From assembly GCA_018714965.1 (NCBI GenBank), contig DVML01000007.1, positions 5,323 through 69,322 on the forward strand: a DNA stretch of 64,000 nucleotides. Direction: 5' to 3'. The DNA comes from Candidatus Fimihabitans intestinipullorum (GTDB taxonomy: Bacteria; Bacillota_I; Bacilli_A; RF39; UBA660). The notes under the pieces are model-generated. The model searched no databases, was not told the DNA's origin, and saw nothing but the letters and a program-made list of their open reading frames with translations. Positions 17,457 to 26,788 of this stretch are shown one piece after another. The first letter of the stretch is position 1; every line of letters starts with the position of its first letter. The position numbers and the translations under genes were made by a program.

Positions 17457-19880
17457 ATGAAATTGAAATTTAGAGCAGATTCAAAAGATATTACGATATT
17501 TTGTATTTTCTGTGTAGCACTTTTATATTTTGTTGCGATTGCAATATTAAATGTTGTAGAGTTTATCGAGTCATCAACGTTGTGGGGATTTAACCCGATC
17601 CCTGCGTTTACGGAATATTTTTTTCCAACGATGGTTTTATATTTAATATGTTTGATATTGATTATTGCAAGTGTTTCTTCTTATTTCTTTGATAGAGAAA
17701 AAGGAATCGGAGTACAGGCTGGGAAAAAAGATAAAGGCGGATATTCTAGATGGGCAAAAGAAAAGGAATTACAAGCTCAAAAGGAAATTAAAAAAGTAAA
17801 CCCTGCCGACGATGAGATTCCATATGCCGGAGTTCCTCTGATTAATAAAGGAAAAGAAATATGGGTGGATGATGGGGAATATCATAACTTAATTATCGGA
17901 GCAACCGGAAGTGGTAAAACTCAGATCATGGTTAACCCATTAGTAAAATTACTTGCAAAACATGGTGAATCTATGATTGTAACCGACCCTAAAGGAGAAA
18001 TTTACGAGGAAAATGCTAATTTATTACGTGAAAAAGGTTATAACATTGTCGTTTTAAACTTCCGTGATCCGTTGAAAGGAAATTCATGGAACCCAATGAC
18101 GTTGCCTTATAATCTATATAAAAGCGGAAATCAAGATAAGGCAATCGAGTTAATCGATGACTTGGCAGCTAACATACTATATGATGATAATTCTAAAAAT
18201 CAGGATCCTTTCTGGGAAAAGACATCAGCTGACTACTTTGCTGGATTATCTTTAGCTTTGTTTGAAGATGCAAAAGAAGAAGAGATCAATTTGAATAGTA
18301 TCAGTTTGATGGTCAATATTGGAGAGGAGAAGTTAGCTGGCTCTACTTATATCAAGGAATATTTTAGCGATAAAGATCCAAGTGGAGCAGCTTATACGAA
18401 TGCCTCAGGAACATTAATTGCACCGAGTGAAACAAAGGGGAGTATCTTATCTGTATTTAAGCAAAAGATAAAATTGTTTGCATCTCGTGAAAATTTATCT
18501 GAGATGTTAAGCCATAGTGATTTTGATATTAAAGATATCGGTCGTCAAAAGACAGCTGTTTTTATCATTGTACAAGATGAGAAGACGACATATCACTCAC
18601 TCGTAACGATCTTCTTGAAACAAACGTATGAAACATTAATCGATGTAGCACAAGAAAATGGTGGGAAACTACAATATCGTACAAATTTCATTTTGGACGA
18701 GTTTGCCAACATGCCACCATTAAAAGATGTCACGACGATGATTACTGCATCCCGTTCTAGAAGAATGCGCTTTAACTTTATCATTCAGAACTTTGCTCAA
18801 TTGTATCAAGTATATGGAAAAGAAAACGGTGAGACGATCAAGGGTAACTGTGGTAACATTATTTATCTTATCAGTAGTGAGTTGGCAGCGTTGGAAGAAA
18901 TCAGCAAAATGTGTGGTGAAGTAAAATCTAAAGAAAAGGATAAAACAGCGAGCACCCCACTTGTTACAGTCAGTGACTTGCAACGTTTACAGCAGTTTGA
19001 AACAATTATTTTACGTTTACGTACAATGCCATTTAAGACAAAATTAACACCCAATTTTAAGATGATTCAAAATGGATTCTGGGGAAAGGAATATCCAAAA
19101 GCAGATTATCCTATTAGAGAACGTAAAAAAGTTCAAGTGTTCGATATTAAAAAATTTGTGGATGAAAAGCGTAAGAAAAAGATGGAAGAAATGTTTGGAC
19201 CTTCTGCAGGTAAAGGCCCAATGCCATCTCGTCCAATGACTTCACGCCCAATGCCAGGTGGAATGCCATCTCGTCCAATGACACCACCAATGGGACCTAC
19301 ACCACCGACAGGTGATTTTAACGTCGATGAGATCGTAAAGAGAATTGATGCGAAGATTGCGGAATTGGAAGAGGAAGAACGTAAAGAAAAAGAAGAAATG
19401 GAGAAAAAGAGAAAGCAGGAAGAAGAGAGACGGATTAGAGAGGCAATGGAGGCCAAAAGAAAAGAAAAGCAAGAACAGCAGAGAGCAGAAACGCAACAAA
19501 TACGACCGAAGCCTCCGGTTCCAGAAACTCCAATTCCGAAGGTACCACCACGCCCAATTGTAGAGGAGAAGAAAACTGCTCAAACGGTAGTACCAACGCC
19601 ATCTAAAGTAGCACCATCACCAGTTCCACCACGTCCAGAGGTGAAACATGATGTGAAACCACAACCAAACATAGTACCTCCAAAAGGAAAGGAAGAAGCA
19701 GTATTCTCTGCTCCTATCTATGGAGATACAGATTTTCCAAAACCATCGGTTCCTACCCCTGAGAGAAAGGGTATAACAGAACTACCGCAGAAGCCACAAA
19801 TGGAACCAAGAGTGATCACACCTGCAGTAACGGATGATCAGTTCTTTGATGACTTCTTCAGTGACGATGACGATGAGTAA
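17457..19880 (+). CDS. VirD4/TraG/PcfC-family type IV coupling protein with long disordered C-terminal extension
   Basis: Two N-terminal TM helices; Walker A GATGSGKTQ; TraG-like core to ~residue 570; C-terminus has PSRPM repeats, EK-rich stretch, Pro-rich stretch and acidic tail DDQFFDDFFSDDDDE. Confidence 0.8.
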   Translation: MKLKFRADSKDITIFCIFCVALLYFVAIAILNVVEFIESSTLWGFNPIPAFTEYFFPTMVLYLICLILIIASVSSYFFDREKGIGVQAGKKDKGGYSRWAKEKELQAQKEIKKVNPADDEIPYAGVPLINKGKEIWVDDGEYHNLIIGATGSGKTQIMVNPLVKLLAKHGESMIVTDPKGEIYEENANLLREKGYNIVVLNFRDPLKGNSWNPMTLPYNLYKSGNQDKAIELIDDLAANILYDDNSKNQDPFWEKTSADYFAGLSLALFEDAKEEEINLNSISLMVNIGEEKLAGSTYIKEYFSDKDPSGAAYTNASGTLIAPSETKGSILSVFKQKIKLFASRENLSEMLSHSDFDIKDIGRQKTAVFIIVQDEKTTYHSLVTIFLKQTYETLIDVAQENGGKLQYRTNFILDEFANMPPLKDVTTMITASRSRRMRFNFIIQNFAQLYQVYGKENGETIKGNCGNIIYLISSELAALEEISKMCGEVKSKEKDKTASTPLVTVSDLQRLQQFETIILRLRTMPFKTKLTPNFKMIQNGFWGKEYPKADYPIRERKKVQVFDIKKFVDEKRKKKMEEMFGPSAGKGPMPSRPMTSRPMPGGMPSRPMTPPMGPTPPTGDFNVDEIVKRIDAKIAELEEEERKEKEEMEKKRKQEEERRIREAMEAKRKEKQEQQRAETQQIRPKPPVPETPIPKVPPRPIVEEKKTAQTVVPTPSKVAPSPVPPRPEVKHDVKPQPNIVPPKGKEEAVFSAPIYGDTDFPKPSVPTPERKGITELPQKPQMEPRVITPAVTDDQFFDDFFSDDDDE

Positions 19881-19908
19881 ATCTAGAAAAAATCTAGATT
19901 TTCTTTTT
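19880..19908 (+). terminator. rho-independent terminator closing the transfer/pilus block
   Basis: AATCTAGA-aaaaa-TCTAGATT hairpin followed by TTCTTTTT. Confidence 0.65.
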
Positions 19909-19976
19909 ATGTCGATGAAAATGTGTGATTGTACTTTCTAATTTAAATCAAGCGACATATATTAAATTGAGGGTGG

Positions 19977-20273
19977 TTGATGATGATACCGAGTATTTCC
20001 ATATCTGAACTATTGCACATGAATTTTCGTGGAAATTTGATCGATCTTAGAAGTACGCAAAATTATAATAATAATCACATACCGGGCGCGATTCATATTC
20101 CATTTGAGACATTGCTCGCAAGAGCGAAACAATTACTAGATCCAAATGAAACTTATTATATATATTGCCAAAAGGGAACAAAAAGTATAAGAGTTTGCCA
20201 AATATTGAATCAAATGGGATATCACACGGTCAATATCACTGGGGGATACGAAAGTTGGATATTAGAAAAATAG
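19977..20273 (+). CDS. single-domain rhodanese-like sulfurtransferase
   Basis: 98 aa; YCQKGTKS active-site-Cys loop context typical of rhodanese. Confidence 0.6.
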   Translation: MMMIPSISISELLHMNFRGNLIDLRSTQNYNNNHIPGAIHIPFETLLARAKQLLDPNETYYIYCQKGTKSIRVCQILNQMGYHTVNITGGYESWILEK

Positions 20274-20295
20274 AGTGGAAACACTCTATTTTTTA
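20271..20295 (+). terminator. rho-independent terminator
   Basis: AGAGTG-gaaa-CACTCT hairpin then ATTTTTTAT. Confidence 0.55.
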
Positions 20296-20369
20296 TATGG
20301 AATAGAAAGTATTTTCATTTTCCTTTAATTTGTATTATAATGGAAAGTAGGATAAGAAAGGAGGAACAT

Positions 20370-21437
20370 ATGGATTATATAATTATAGGATTACTTGTTA
20401 TACTTTTGATTCTTGTCGTTATAAGTCTTATGAAAAACATTAACGAATCTAATATAACTGAGCGGTTAGGGAAATTAGAAACAGAAGTGATTCGAGAACT
20501 TGGGGAGTTTAAAATAGATTTAAATAAAGGAATGAACGAAGATTTTAACTCACTGAATGAAAAAATGGAAGAAAAACTTCGTATGATTAACGATCGAGTC
20601 AATGAACGACTCGATGAAAATTTTGAAAAGACGAATAAAACTTTTACATCTGTTTTAGAAAGACTTTCCAAAATCGACGAAGCACAGAAAAAAATAGATT
20701 TACTTTCAAATGATATTGTTTCGTTACAGAGTGTATTGACGGATAAGAAAACGAGAGGTATTTTTGGTGAGGCAAACTTATCTCACATTATGTCCAGCGT
20801 ATTTGGAGAACATAATGATAAAATATATCAATTACAGTATTCTTTCGAAAATGGAACGATCGCAGATTGTGTTTTATTTGCACCTGAACCACTTGGAACG
20901 ATCGCAATCGATTCGAAATTTCCGTTAGAACACTATCGTATCATGGTAGATAAAAGTCGTAGTAATGCAAGCAGAGTAGAAGCAGAAAAGCAATTTAAAC
21001 AGGATATGAAAAAGCATATTGATGCGATTGCATCGAAGTATATTATTCCTGGAATTACTAGTGATCAAGCAATTTTATTTTTACCGGCAGAAGCTATTTT
21101 TGCAGAAGTCAATGCATATCATAGTGAAATTATTGAGTATGCTTATAAACGAAGAGTTTGGATTACTTCCCCGACAACTTTAATTAGTACTTTAACGACA
21201 ATTCAAATGATTATTAAAAATATGGAACGTGATCGATATGCATCGATTATTCATCAGCAACTTCGTTTGTTAGATGAAGAATTTAAGCGGTATAAAGATC
21301 GCTGGGATAAACTATCACGTAGTATTGATACAGTAAGTCGAGACGTAAAAGAAATACATACAACGACGACAAAAATTACAAAGAGATTTGATTCAATCAA
21401 TCAAGTAGAAATGGATGATATACATGAAATTCAATAG
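20370..21437 (+). CDS. rmuC: DNA recombination protein RmuC
   Basis: N-terminal TM, long coiled coil, C-terminal region with SPTTLISTLTTIQ motif typical of RmuC; start moved to ATG 20370 (RBS AGAAAGGAGG). Confidence 0.6.
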   Translation: MDYIIIGLLVILLILVVISLMKNINESNITERLGKLETEVIRELGEFKIDLNKGMNEDFNSLNEKMEEKLRMINDRVNERLDENFEKTNKTFTSVLERLSKIDEAQKKIDLLSNDIVSLQSVLTDKKTRGIFGEANLSHIMSSVFGEHNDKIYQLQYSFENGTIADCVLFAPEPLGTIAIDSKFPLEHYRIMVDKSRSNASRVEAEKQFKQDMKKHIDAIASKYIIPGITSDQAILFLPAEAIFAEVNAYHSEIIEYAYKRRVWITSPTTLISTLTTIQMIIKNMERDRYASIIHQQLRLLDEEFKRYKDRWDKLSRSIDTVSRDVKEIHTTTTKITKRFDSINQVEMDDIHEIQ

Positions 21438-22041
21438 AAAATTTAATTTGATTTTAGTATGTATTGCAATTTGCTGTGGGTTATATCTTGGAATCGATAA
21501 GATGATATCGGGGGATATTTATAGTGCACTAATTCGTTTCGCAATCGTTCCTGTTATGTTGGTACCATTGATTTTGAGGAAGGTATTTCATCGAGAAATA
21601 GGAGCTAAATTAGAGACGATCTATTTATTATTTGTATTTTGCGCACACTTTTTAGGATCTATTATAGATTTGTATCATAGTGTACCTGGATATGATAAAG
21701 TAATGCATTTACTTTCTGGAAGTGTTTCTGCGTTGGTCGCATTATACGTCTTGATTAAATTGAATCAATATAGTGAAAAATCCTTGTTTTTCAATGTGCT
21801 CTTTATCATAGCTTTTACGATTATGATTGCTGGTTTCTGGGAATACTATGAATATACGTGCGATCAGTTATTTCAAAAAGATGCTCAAAATGTATTAACC
21901 ACTGGAGTAGGAGATACAATGCAAGATATGATTGCTGCGACGATCGGTAGTATTTTGGTCATTATCATGTATTTATATGAAGTGTTATCTCATTCAAATT
22001 GGTTTATTACGAGATTTATGAAAGAGACAAGAGAAAGCTAA
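21415..22041 (+). CDS. hypothetical integral membrane protein
   Basis: 208 aa, ~5 TM helices. Confidence 0.45.
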   Translation: MIYMKFNRKFNLILVCIAICCGLYLGIDKMISGDIYSALIRFAIVPVMLVPLILRKVFHREIGAKLETIYLLFVFCAHFLGSIIDLYHSVPGYDKVMHLLSGSVSALVALYVLIKLNQYSEKSLFFNVLFIIAFTIMIAGFWEYYEYTCDQLFQKDAQNVLTTGVGDTMQDMIAATIGSILVIIMYLYEVLSHSNWFITRFMKETRES

Positions 22042-22070
22042 GAGGAAAAATAAATATCTTGTTGTAAGAT

Positions 22071-23726
22071 ATGAGTATGGAGAAACAACGAAAAAGAAAA
22101 TATTTATCTTATCGAGAGTTGAAAGAATATGGATATGAGAAACCATATTCTTTTTTGATGCAAGCATATTTAAGAGTTCATCATGCGATGTGGCTTCGCA
22201 AAAAACTAAAAGAGGAAAACAAGTATTTAAATGAAATGTATGAAAATATTGATTCTAATATCGTTTTAGATGAAGTTCAAAGAAAAGTTATCGTATGCGA
22301 AGAAGATCATATTTTTATCGTAGCTGGAGCAGGAAGTGGAAAGACGACAACGATTGTTTCAAAAGTGAAATATTTAATTGAGAAGCAGAGTGTCTTAGCT
22401 GAACGAATTCTTGTAATAACATATACAAATCAAGCCGTGAATGAATTGAAGCAGAGACTTCATCAAATGGTTGGAGATTCAGTAAAGGTTATGACATTTC
22501 ATAAATTTTGTCTCGATTTGGTACAAACATATGAGCATGAATACTATGTTTGTGAGGATGATTCAGAGATTATTTTAGATGTTATTTTCGAATGGAAGCA
22601 AATGCATCAGAAACAATATGAACAGTTACGGTATTTTTATTATGATGAATTTGAGGTGCCGATAGATCATCCTCGATCATTTTTGAAAAAATGTCAAAAA
22701 TTTATATCACAGTTTTTAGAGTTAGGATATGTTTTAGATGATTTTATCATGTGGAAAGAACAATATTCAGACAACAAATCTATTTTAATATTTATAGAAT
22801 GTATCGAGTGGATATATAGGAGATATTTAATTGTTTTAAAAGAAAATGATCTGATTACATTTTCACAGATGATTCAAAAGGCACAAGATGTTTTAATGAA
22901 ACGAGAAATAGAAATTCCCTATGAATATGTATTTGTCGATGAATTTCAAGATATTTCTAAAATTCGTTATCAGTTAATACGAATTTTAATGGAGCGATTG
23001 CAAGTTAAGACTGTATGTGTAGGAGATGATTTTCAAGCGATATATTCATTTGCAGGATCCGATGTGAGATTTTTCTTTGACCAGATGAACTATCCATATG
23101 GTATGGAAGTGTTTTACATTGTGAATACTTACCGAAACAGTCAACAATTGATTACGATCGCAGGAGAATTTATTATGGAAAATAAATTGCAATTAAAAAA
23201 GAAATTGCGGTCGTCTCATCGTGAAAATTTTCCTATTGTTCTTTTTCCCTATCAGGGGAATATCACTTCCATATTGCGTCATATATTAAAGGAAATTTAT
23301 CTATGTCATAAGAATGCCTCAATTTTATTTCTAGGAAGATATCAGTTTGATGAAAAATTAATATGGGAAACGGGGCTATTTGTAAAGAAAGAAGAACGGA
23401 TATTTTGCGAAAACTATCCAACATTAGAACTTGTTTTTTATACAGTTCATCAGGCAAAAGGGTTAGGATTTGACGAAGTGGTTCTTTTGAACGCAAGTAA
23501 AGGAAGATACGGATTTCCAACAGAAGTAGAAGCAGATAGAATTGATCAGATATTAAGACAGGGGAATAAGAAAGAACAGCTGATGGAAGAAAGACGGTTA
23601 TTTTATGTTGCACTTACGCGAACAAAACATAAAGTGTATATATTGTATCCGAAATACAGAGTTTCTTCTTTTATCAGAGAAATACAAAAAAAGAAACATG
23701 TAGAAACGAAGTCGATTGTTTCATAA
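22071..23726 (+). CDS. UvrD/HelD-like superfamily I DNA helicase
   Basis: Walker A AGAGSGKTTT ~90 aa from N-terminus, VDEFQD (motif II) and downstream helicase motifs. Confidence 0.65.
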   Translation: MSMEKQRKRKYLSYRELKEYGYEKPYSFLMQAYLRVHHAMWLRKKLKEENKYLNEMYENIDSNIVLDEVQRKVIVCEEDHIFIVAGAGSGKTTTIVSKVKYLIEKQSVLAERILVITYTNQAVNELKQRLHQMVGDSVKVMTFHKFCLDLVQTYEHEYYVCEDDSEIILDVIFEWKQMHQKQYEQLRYFYYDEFEVPIDHPRSFLKKCQKFISQFLELGYVLDDFIMWKEQYSDNKSILIFIECIEWIYRRYLIVLKENDLITFSQMIQKAQDVLMKREIEIPYEYVFVDEFQDISKIRYQLIRILMERLQVKTVCVGDDFQAIYSFAGSDVRFFFDQMNYPYGMEVFYIVNTYRNSQQLITIAGEFIMENKLQLKKKLRSSHRENFPIVLFPYQGNITSILRHILKEIYLCHKNASILFLGRYQFDEKLIWETGLFVKKEERIFCENYPTLELVFYTVHQAKGLGFDEVVLLNASKGRYGFPTEVEADRIDQILRQGNKKEQLMEERRLFYVALTRTKHKVYILYPKYRVSSFIREIQKKKHVETKSIVS

Positions 23727-25037
23727 TGTTTCTTTGGTATATACTTTTCTAGTAATTACATTGCTGGAATTGATTAGAAATTCTTTATTTAAATAATCGT
23801 AGTAAGTTCCTGGAGTAATAATTCCGTTAATTGCAAGGACGCCTTTTCCTAGAGAACCCAAGATATAGTCCACGATCATGGCACAATTCGTTTTTAAGAC
23901 GAAAAACTTTTTATGCTTTCCGCGCGTAATTCTTTTGAACTTAGCATTGGCTAGTTTATAGAGATCGCTAGACATGTCATTAAAGTCACCGTTGGGAATT
24001 TTTCCCATTTCGTATAATTGTAAATCGGGATAATAATCTTCGGTATCTGTCGATATTAAATCCTGAATTCTTTTTTGTACTTTTTGTTTTTGCTCAGATG
24101 TTAAAGAAAGTCCAAAGATGACGAGATAGCGATTTTTATTTTCGATCGCGTAATGGATATATTTTTCTTTGTCGGCAATGCATATAATTCCGTCCCCAAT
24201 TGAGTCGAATAGCTTTCTAGAGTGTCGATTGTAGTTTCCGTAGGAGTATATTTTGTTTTCGAAGGCTACTTCTACATGTCCCATAGAAGCTGATCCATTT
24301 TTGGCCAGATGAATGATAACTTCAATATCTGGAGTCGAATTAGATTTGCTTGCATTAAAATGTTTGGTGTCATGTTCTACCTCTAGCATGTCATTAATAC
24401 GAGATAGTAGTTTTTGGGGAATGAAAGCCGTAAATAATAATGGGAGTGACACTTTGATTCTTTCCTTCATTCGGTTTGTTATTGTAGTGGGTAAGATCAT
24501 TTGAATGAAATCGATAAAATAAGAAATTCCTAAGAAGATTAGATAGATTCCAATGACGATTTCAGCATATTTCATATTATCCGTAGGTTTATAAATGAGA
24601 AGAATTGCGAAAATGAGAGTTGCGATTCCTTTGCATAAAACACTAAAACTACCACGAATATGATATTTAAAATATATGACATAGTTGATGAAATGTAAGG
24701 CACTCATGACGAGAATATAAAACCCAAAAACAACAGTAAGACTTTTTAATATAAATGGGGTTTGATATTGAATAAAAGTGGCAAATAATAGTTGAACACC
24801 ACTTTCCACAAGCGTAGCCGCAATTTTTCCACGTCGTTTTATTAAAATCATTATAAGTTGAAGAACAGCACGAAAAGAAATACCAATAGATAGAAGGAAT
24901 AAGATCAATTCCATCAAGGTTGTACCATTGATGCAAGTAAAAATACCAATGATTATAAAAAAAACACTGATTGCAAAAAGGGTATAAGTTTCAATTTTCT
25001 TTTGAATCATCGGCATCACCTCGATAGTATTATACAA
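23721..25037 (-). CDS. hypothetical membrane protein (N-terminal multi-TM region + soluble C-terminal domain)
   Basis: 438-aa ORF on minus strand. Confidence 0.45.
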   Translation of the reverse strand: MYNTIEVMPMIQKKIETYTLFAISVFFIIIGIFTCINGTTLMELILFLLSIGISFRAVLQLIMILIKRRGKIAATLVESGVQLLFATFIQYQTPFILKSLTVVFGFYILVMSALHFINYVIYFKYHIRGSFSVLCKGIATLIFAILLIYKPTDNMKYAEIVIGIYLIFLGISYFIDFIQMILPTTITNRMKERIKVSLPLLFTAFIPQKLLSRINDMLEVEHDTKHFNASKSNSTPDIEVIIHLAKNGSASMGHVEVAFENKIYSYGNYNRHSRKLFDSIGDGIICIADKEKYIHYAIENKNRYLVIFGLSLTSEQKQKVQKRIQDLISTDTEDYYPDLQLYEMGKIPNGDFNDMSSDLYKLANAKFKRITRGKHKKFFVLKTNCAMIVDYILGSLGKGVLAINGIITPGTYYDYLNKEFLINSSNVITRKVYTKETL

Positions 25038-25077
25038 TAGAAAACTTGATAAAAATAGACAAAATCATAAAAAAATG

Positions 25078-25106
25078 TTGAAATACTTGTGAAAGTTAGT
25101 TATAAT
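25078..25106 (+). promoter_or_regulatory. sigma-A promoter TTGAAA-N17-TATAAT
   Basis: TTGAAA 25078-25083, TATAAT 25101-25106, upstream of RBS AAGGGAGG. Confidence 0.6.
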
Positions 25107-25133
25107 ATTAGGTAGAATAAAGGGAGGATAAAA

Positions 25134-26705
25134 ATGGGGAAATTATCAATAGTAGAATTAGGACAACCAATGGAAGTTGATGTTGTTCGTTATTATAAAA
25201 AAAATGATACAAATTATTTCATGTATACAAAAAATGAAATAGACGATCAAGGATATGTAAAATTATATGCTGCAAAAATATCTGAAGAAAATGGGATACT
25301 AAAAACGACGGATATTACAAATCCTACGGAGTGGAATGATGTTAAAAATACGATGAAACAAATCGTACGCGATAATCGTGAATTAAGTCCTGTTTCTGTA
25401 GAAGATCTAAATGTGGCAACATTAAAAGGGTTAGAATTAACAGAACGTCATGTTTTTAAATTAGCGGAGAATATCGTATCCTATTTAAGTGCAAATCAAA
25501 AGCAGTTTGAAGATGAAACAAAAGATAATTTTTCTTTAGAACAATTAGTTGAAGAAACTCCAGAAGCGCCAACGACATTTGATCAAGTGGTATCAGAAGA
25601 ACCACAGAATCAAGTGGAAACTCCTGTAGAAGAGAGTAACCCATTTCAAATGTTTACGCCAGCACCAGAGGAGACACCAAAAGAAAACGTTTCATTTGAT
25701 CAACCATATGAGCCAGCTTCAATGGAACCAGCAGTTGCAACTCCAGTTGAAGAGCCTCAACCAATGATTGAAGAAGCAAAACTTAATATAGGAGATAAAG
25801 AAGCGATTGAAGAATTGGATTTAAGTGGCATTAACTTGAAAAATTCTCAAGATAATATAGCGACAGATGAATCTTTGTTAGCTCCAAAAATGGAAACGGA
25901 TGATAGTGTTTTTTCTACATCTGAGAATTTTACATTACCACAAGAAGAATTGAAAGATGTTACTTTAATGAATGTTGGTGAAGAAAATAATAATGCAACA
26001 TCATCTTGGGAAAACTTTGAAATGCCAGTGACACCAGTATCTGAAACAACGGTAGAGGAATCAACTGGTGATGCTGTTGTAACTTCAACAGAAAAAGCAG
26101 AAGAACATAAAGGCTTCTTCGGAAATTTATTTGGTAAAAAGCATCAGGAGAAAAAAGAGGAAGAAACTGTTATAGAACCGACTTCTAATAAGGAAGAAGC
26201 AAAAAAATTATTTGCAAGTTTAGAGAGAAATGAAGTGCAATTACCTGTAGAGTCAGTTACAACAGAGTCTGAAGTAATGATTCCAGAAGAATCAACAAAA
26301 GAAGATTCTATTGTGTTACCTACAGTAGAGCCGACAGATGAAGAGCCATTACAACCTATTTCAGTTGATAATGTGGTACAAGAAGAACCTAAAGTAGAAG
26401 AAGCACAACCATTTAATTTCAACGGATTCGATCCATTAAATGAATCACCATCTTATGAAGTACCAAGTTTTGATTCACTTGGATTAAATGACAATCGTGA
26501 AACTTCTGTAACAATAGAACCTGCAGCAACACAACAAGAGTCATCTACTGAGGAACAAGCAGATTTAACAGAGGCAAACTATCAGACTTTATATTTTGAT
26601 GAAAAACGAAAAGCTGAAGATTTGGCTGAAAAAGTTGAATCACTTCAAATGGAAGTGGATCAATTAAAGAAAAAATTAGAAGAAGTAAAGAACATCATAT
26701 TATAA
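25134..26705 (+). CDS. highly acidic, largely disordered protein with folded N-terminal ~120-aa domain and C-terminal coiled coil
   Basis: 523 aa; E/T/P/V-rich low-complexity middle; last 40 aa heptad-like (LAEKVESLQMEVDQLKKKLEEVKNII). Confidence 0.5.
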   Translation: MGKLSIVELGQPMEVDVVRYYKKNDTNYFMYTKNEIDDQGYVKLYAAKISEENGILKTTDITNPTEWNDVKNTMKQIVRDNRELSPVSVEDLNVATLKGLELTERHVFKLAENIVSYLSANQKQFEDETKDNFSLEQLVEETPEAPTTFDQVVSEEPQNQVETPVEESNPFQMFTPAPEETPKENVSFDQPYEPASMEPAVATPVEEPQPMIEEAKLNIGDKEAIEELDLSGINLKNSQDNIATDESLLAPKMETDDSVFSTSENFTLPQEELKDVTLMNVGEENNNATSSWENFEMPVTPVSETTVEESTGDAVVTSTEKAEEHKGFFGNLFGKKHQEKKEEETVIEPTSNKEEAKKLFASLERNEVQLPVESVTTESEVMIPEESTKEDSIVLPTVEPTDEEPLQPISVDNVVQEEPKVEEAQPFNFNGFDPLNESPSYEVPSFDSLGLNDNRETSVTIEPAATQQESSTEEQADLTEANYQTLYFDEKRKAEDLAEKVESLQMEVDQLKKKLEEVKNIIL

Positions 26706-26719
26706 TATGATGTTTTTTT
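26693..26719 (+). terminator. rho-independent terminator
   Basis: CATCATAT-tata-ATATGATG hairpin then TTTTTTT overlapping stop codon. Confidence 0.6.
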
Positions 26720-26788
26720 ATGTTTGATACCTCATACAAGATAACATAAAGTAAAAAAGATGCGCATAAAATTAGGTGAGGTGGATCT

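Noticed and set aside
19242-19583. ORFs 19242..19583 (-), 19133..19456 (-) and 19345..19563 (+), encoding KR-rich or S/F/L-rich peptides
   Set aside because: They are alternative frames of the repetitive Pro/Glu/Lys-coding C-terminal extension of the coupling protein.
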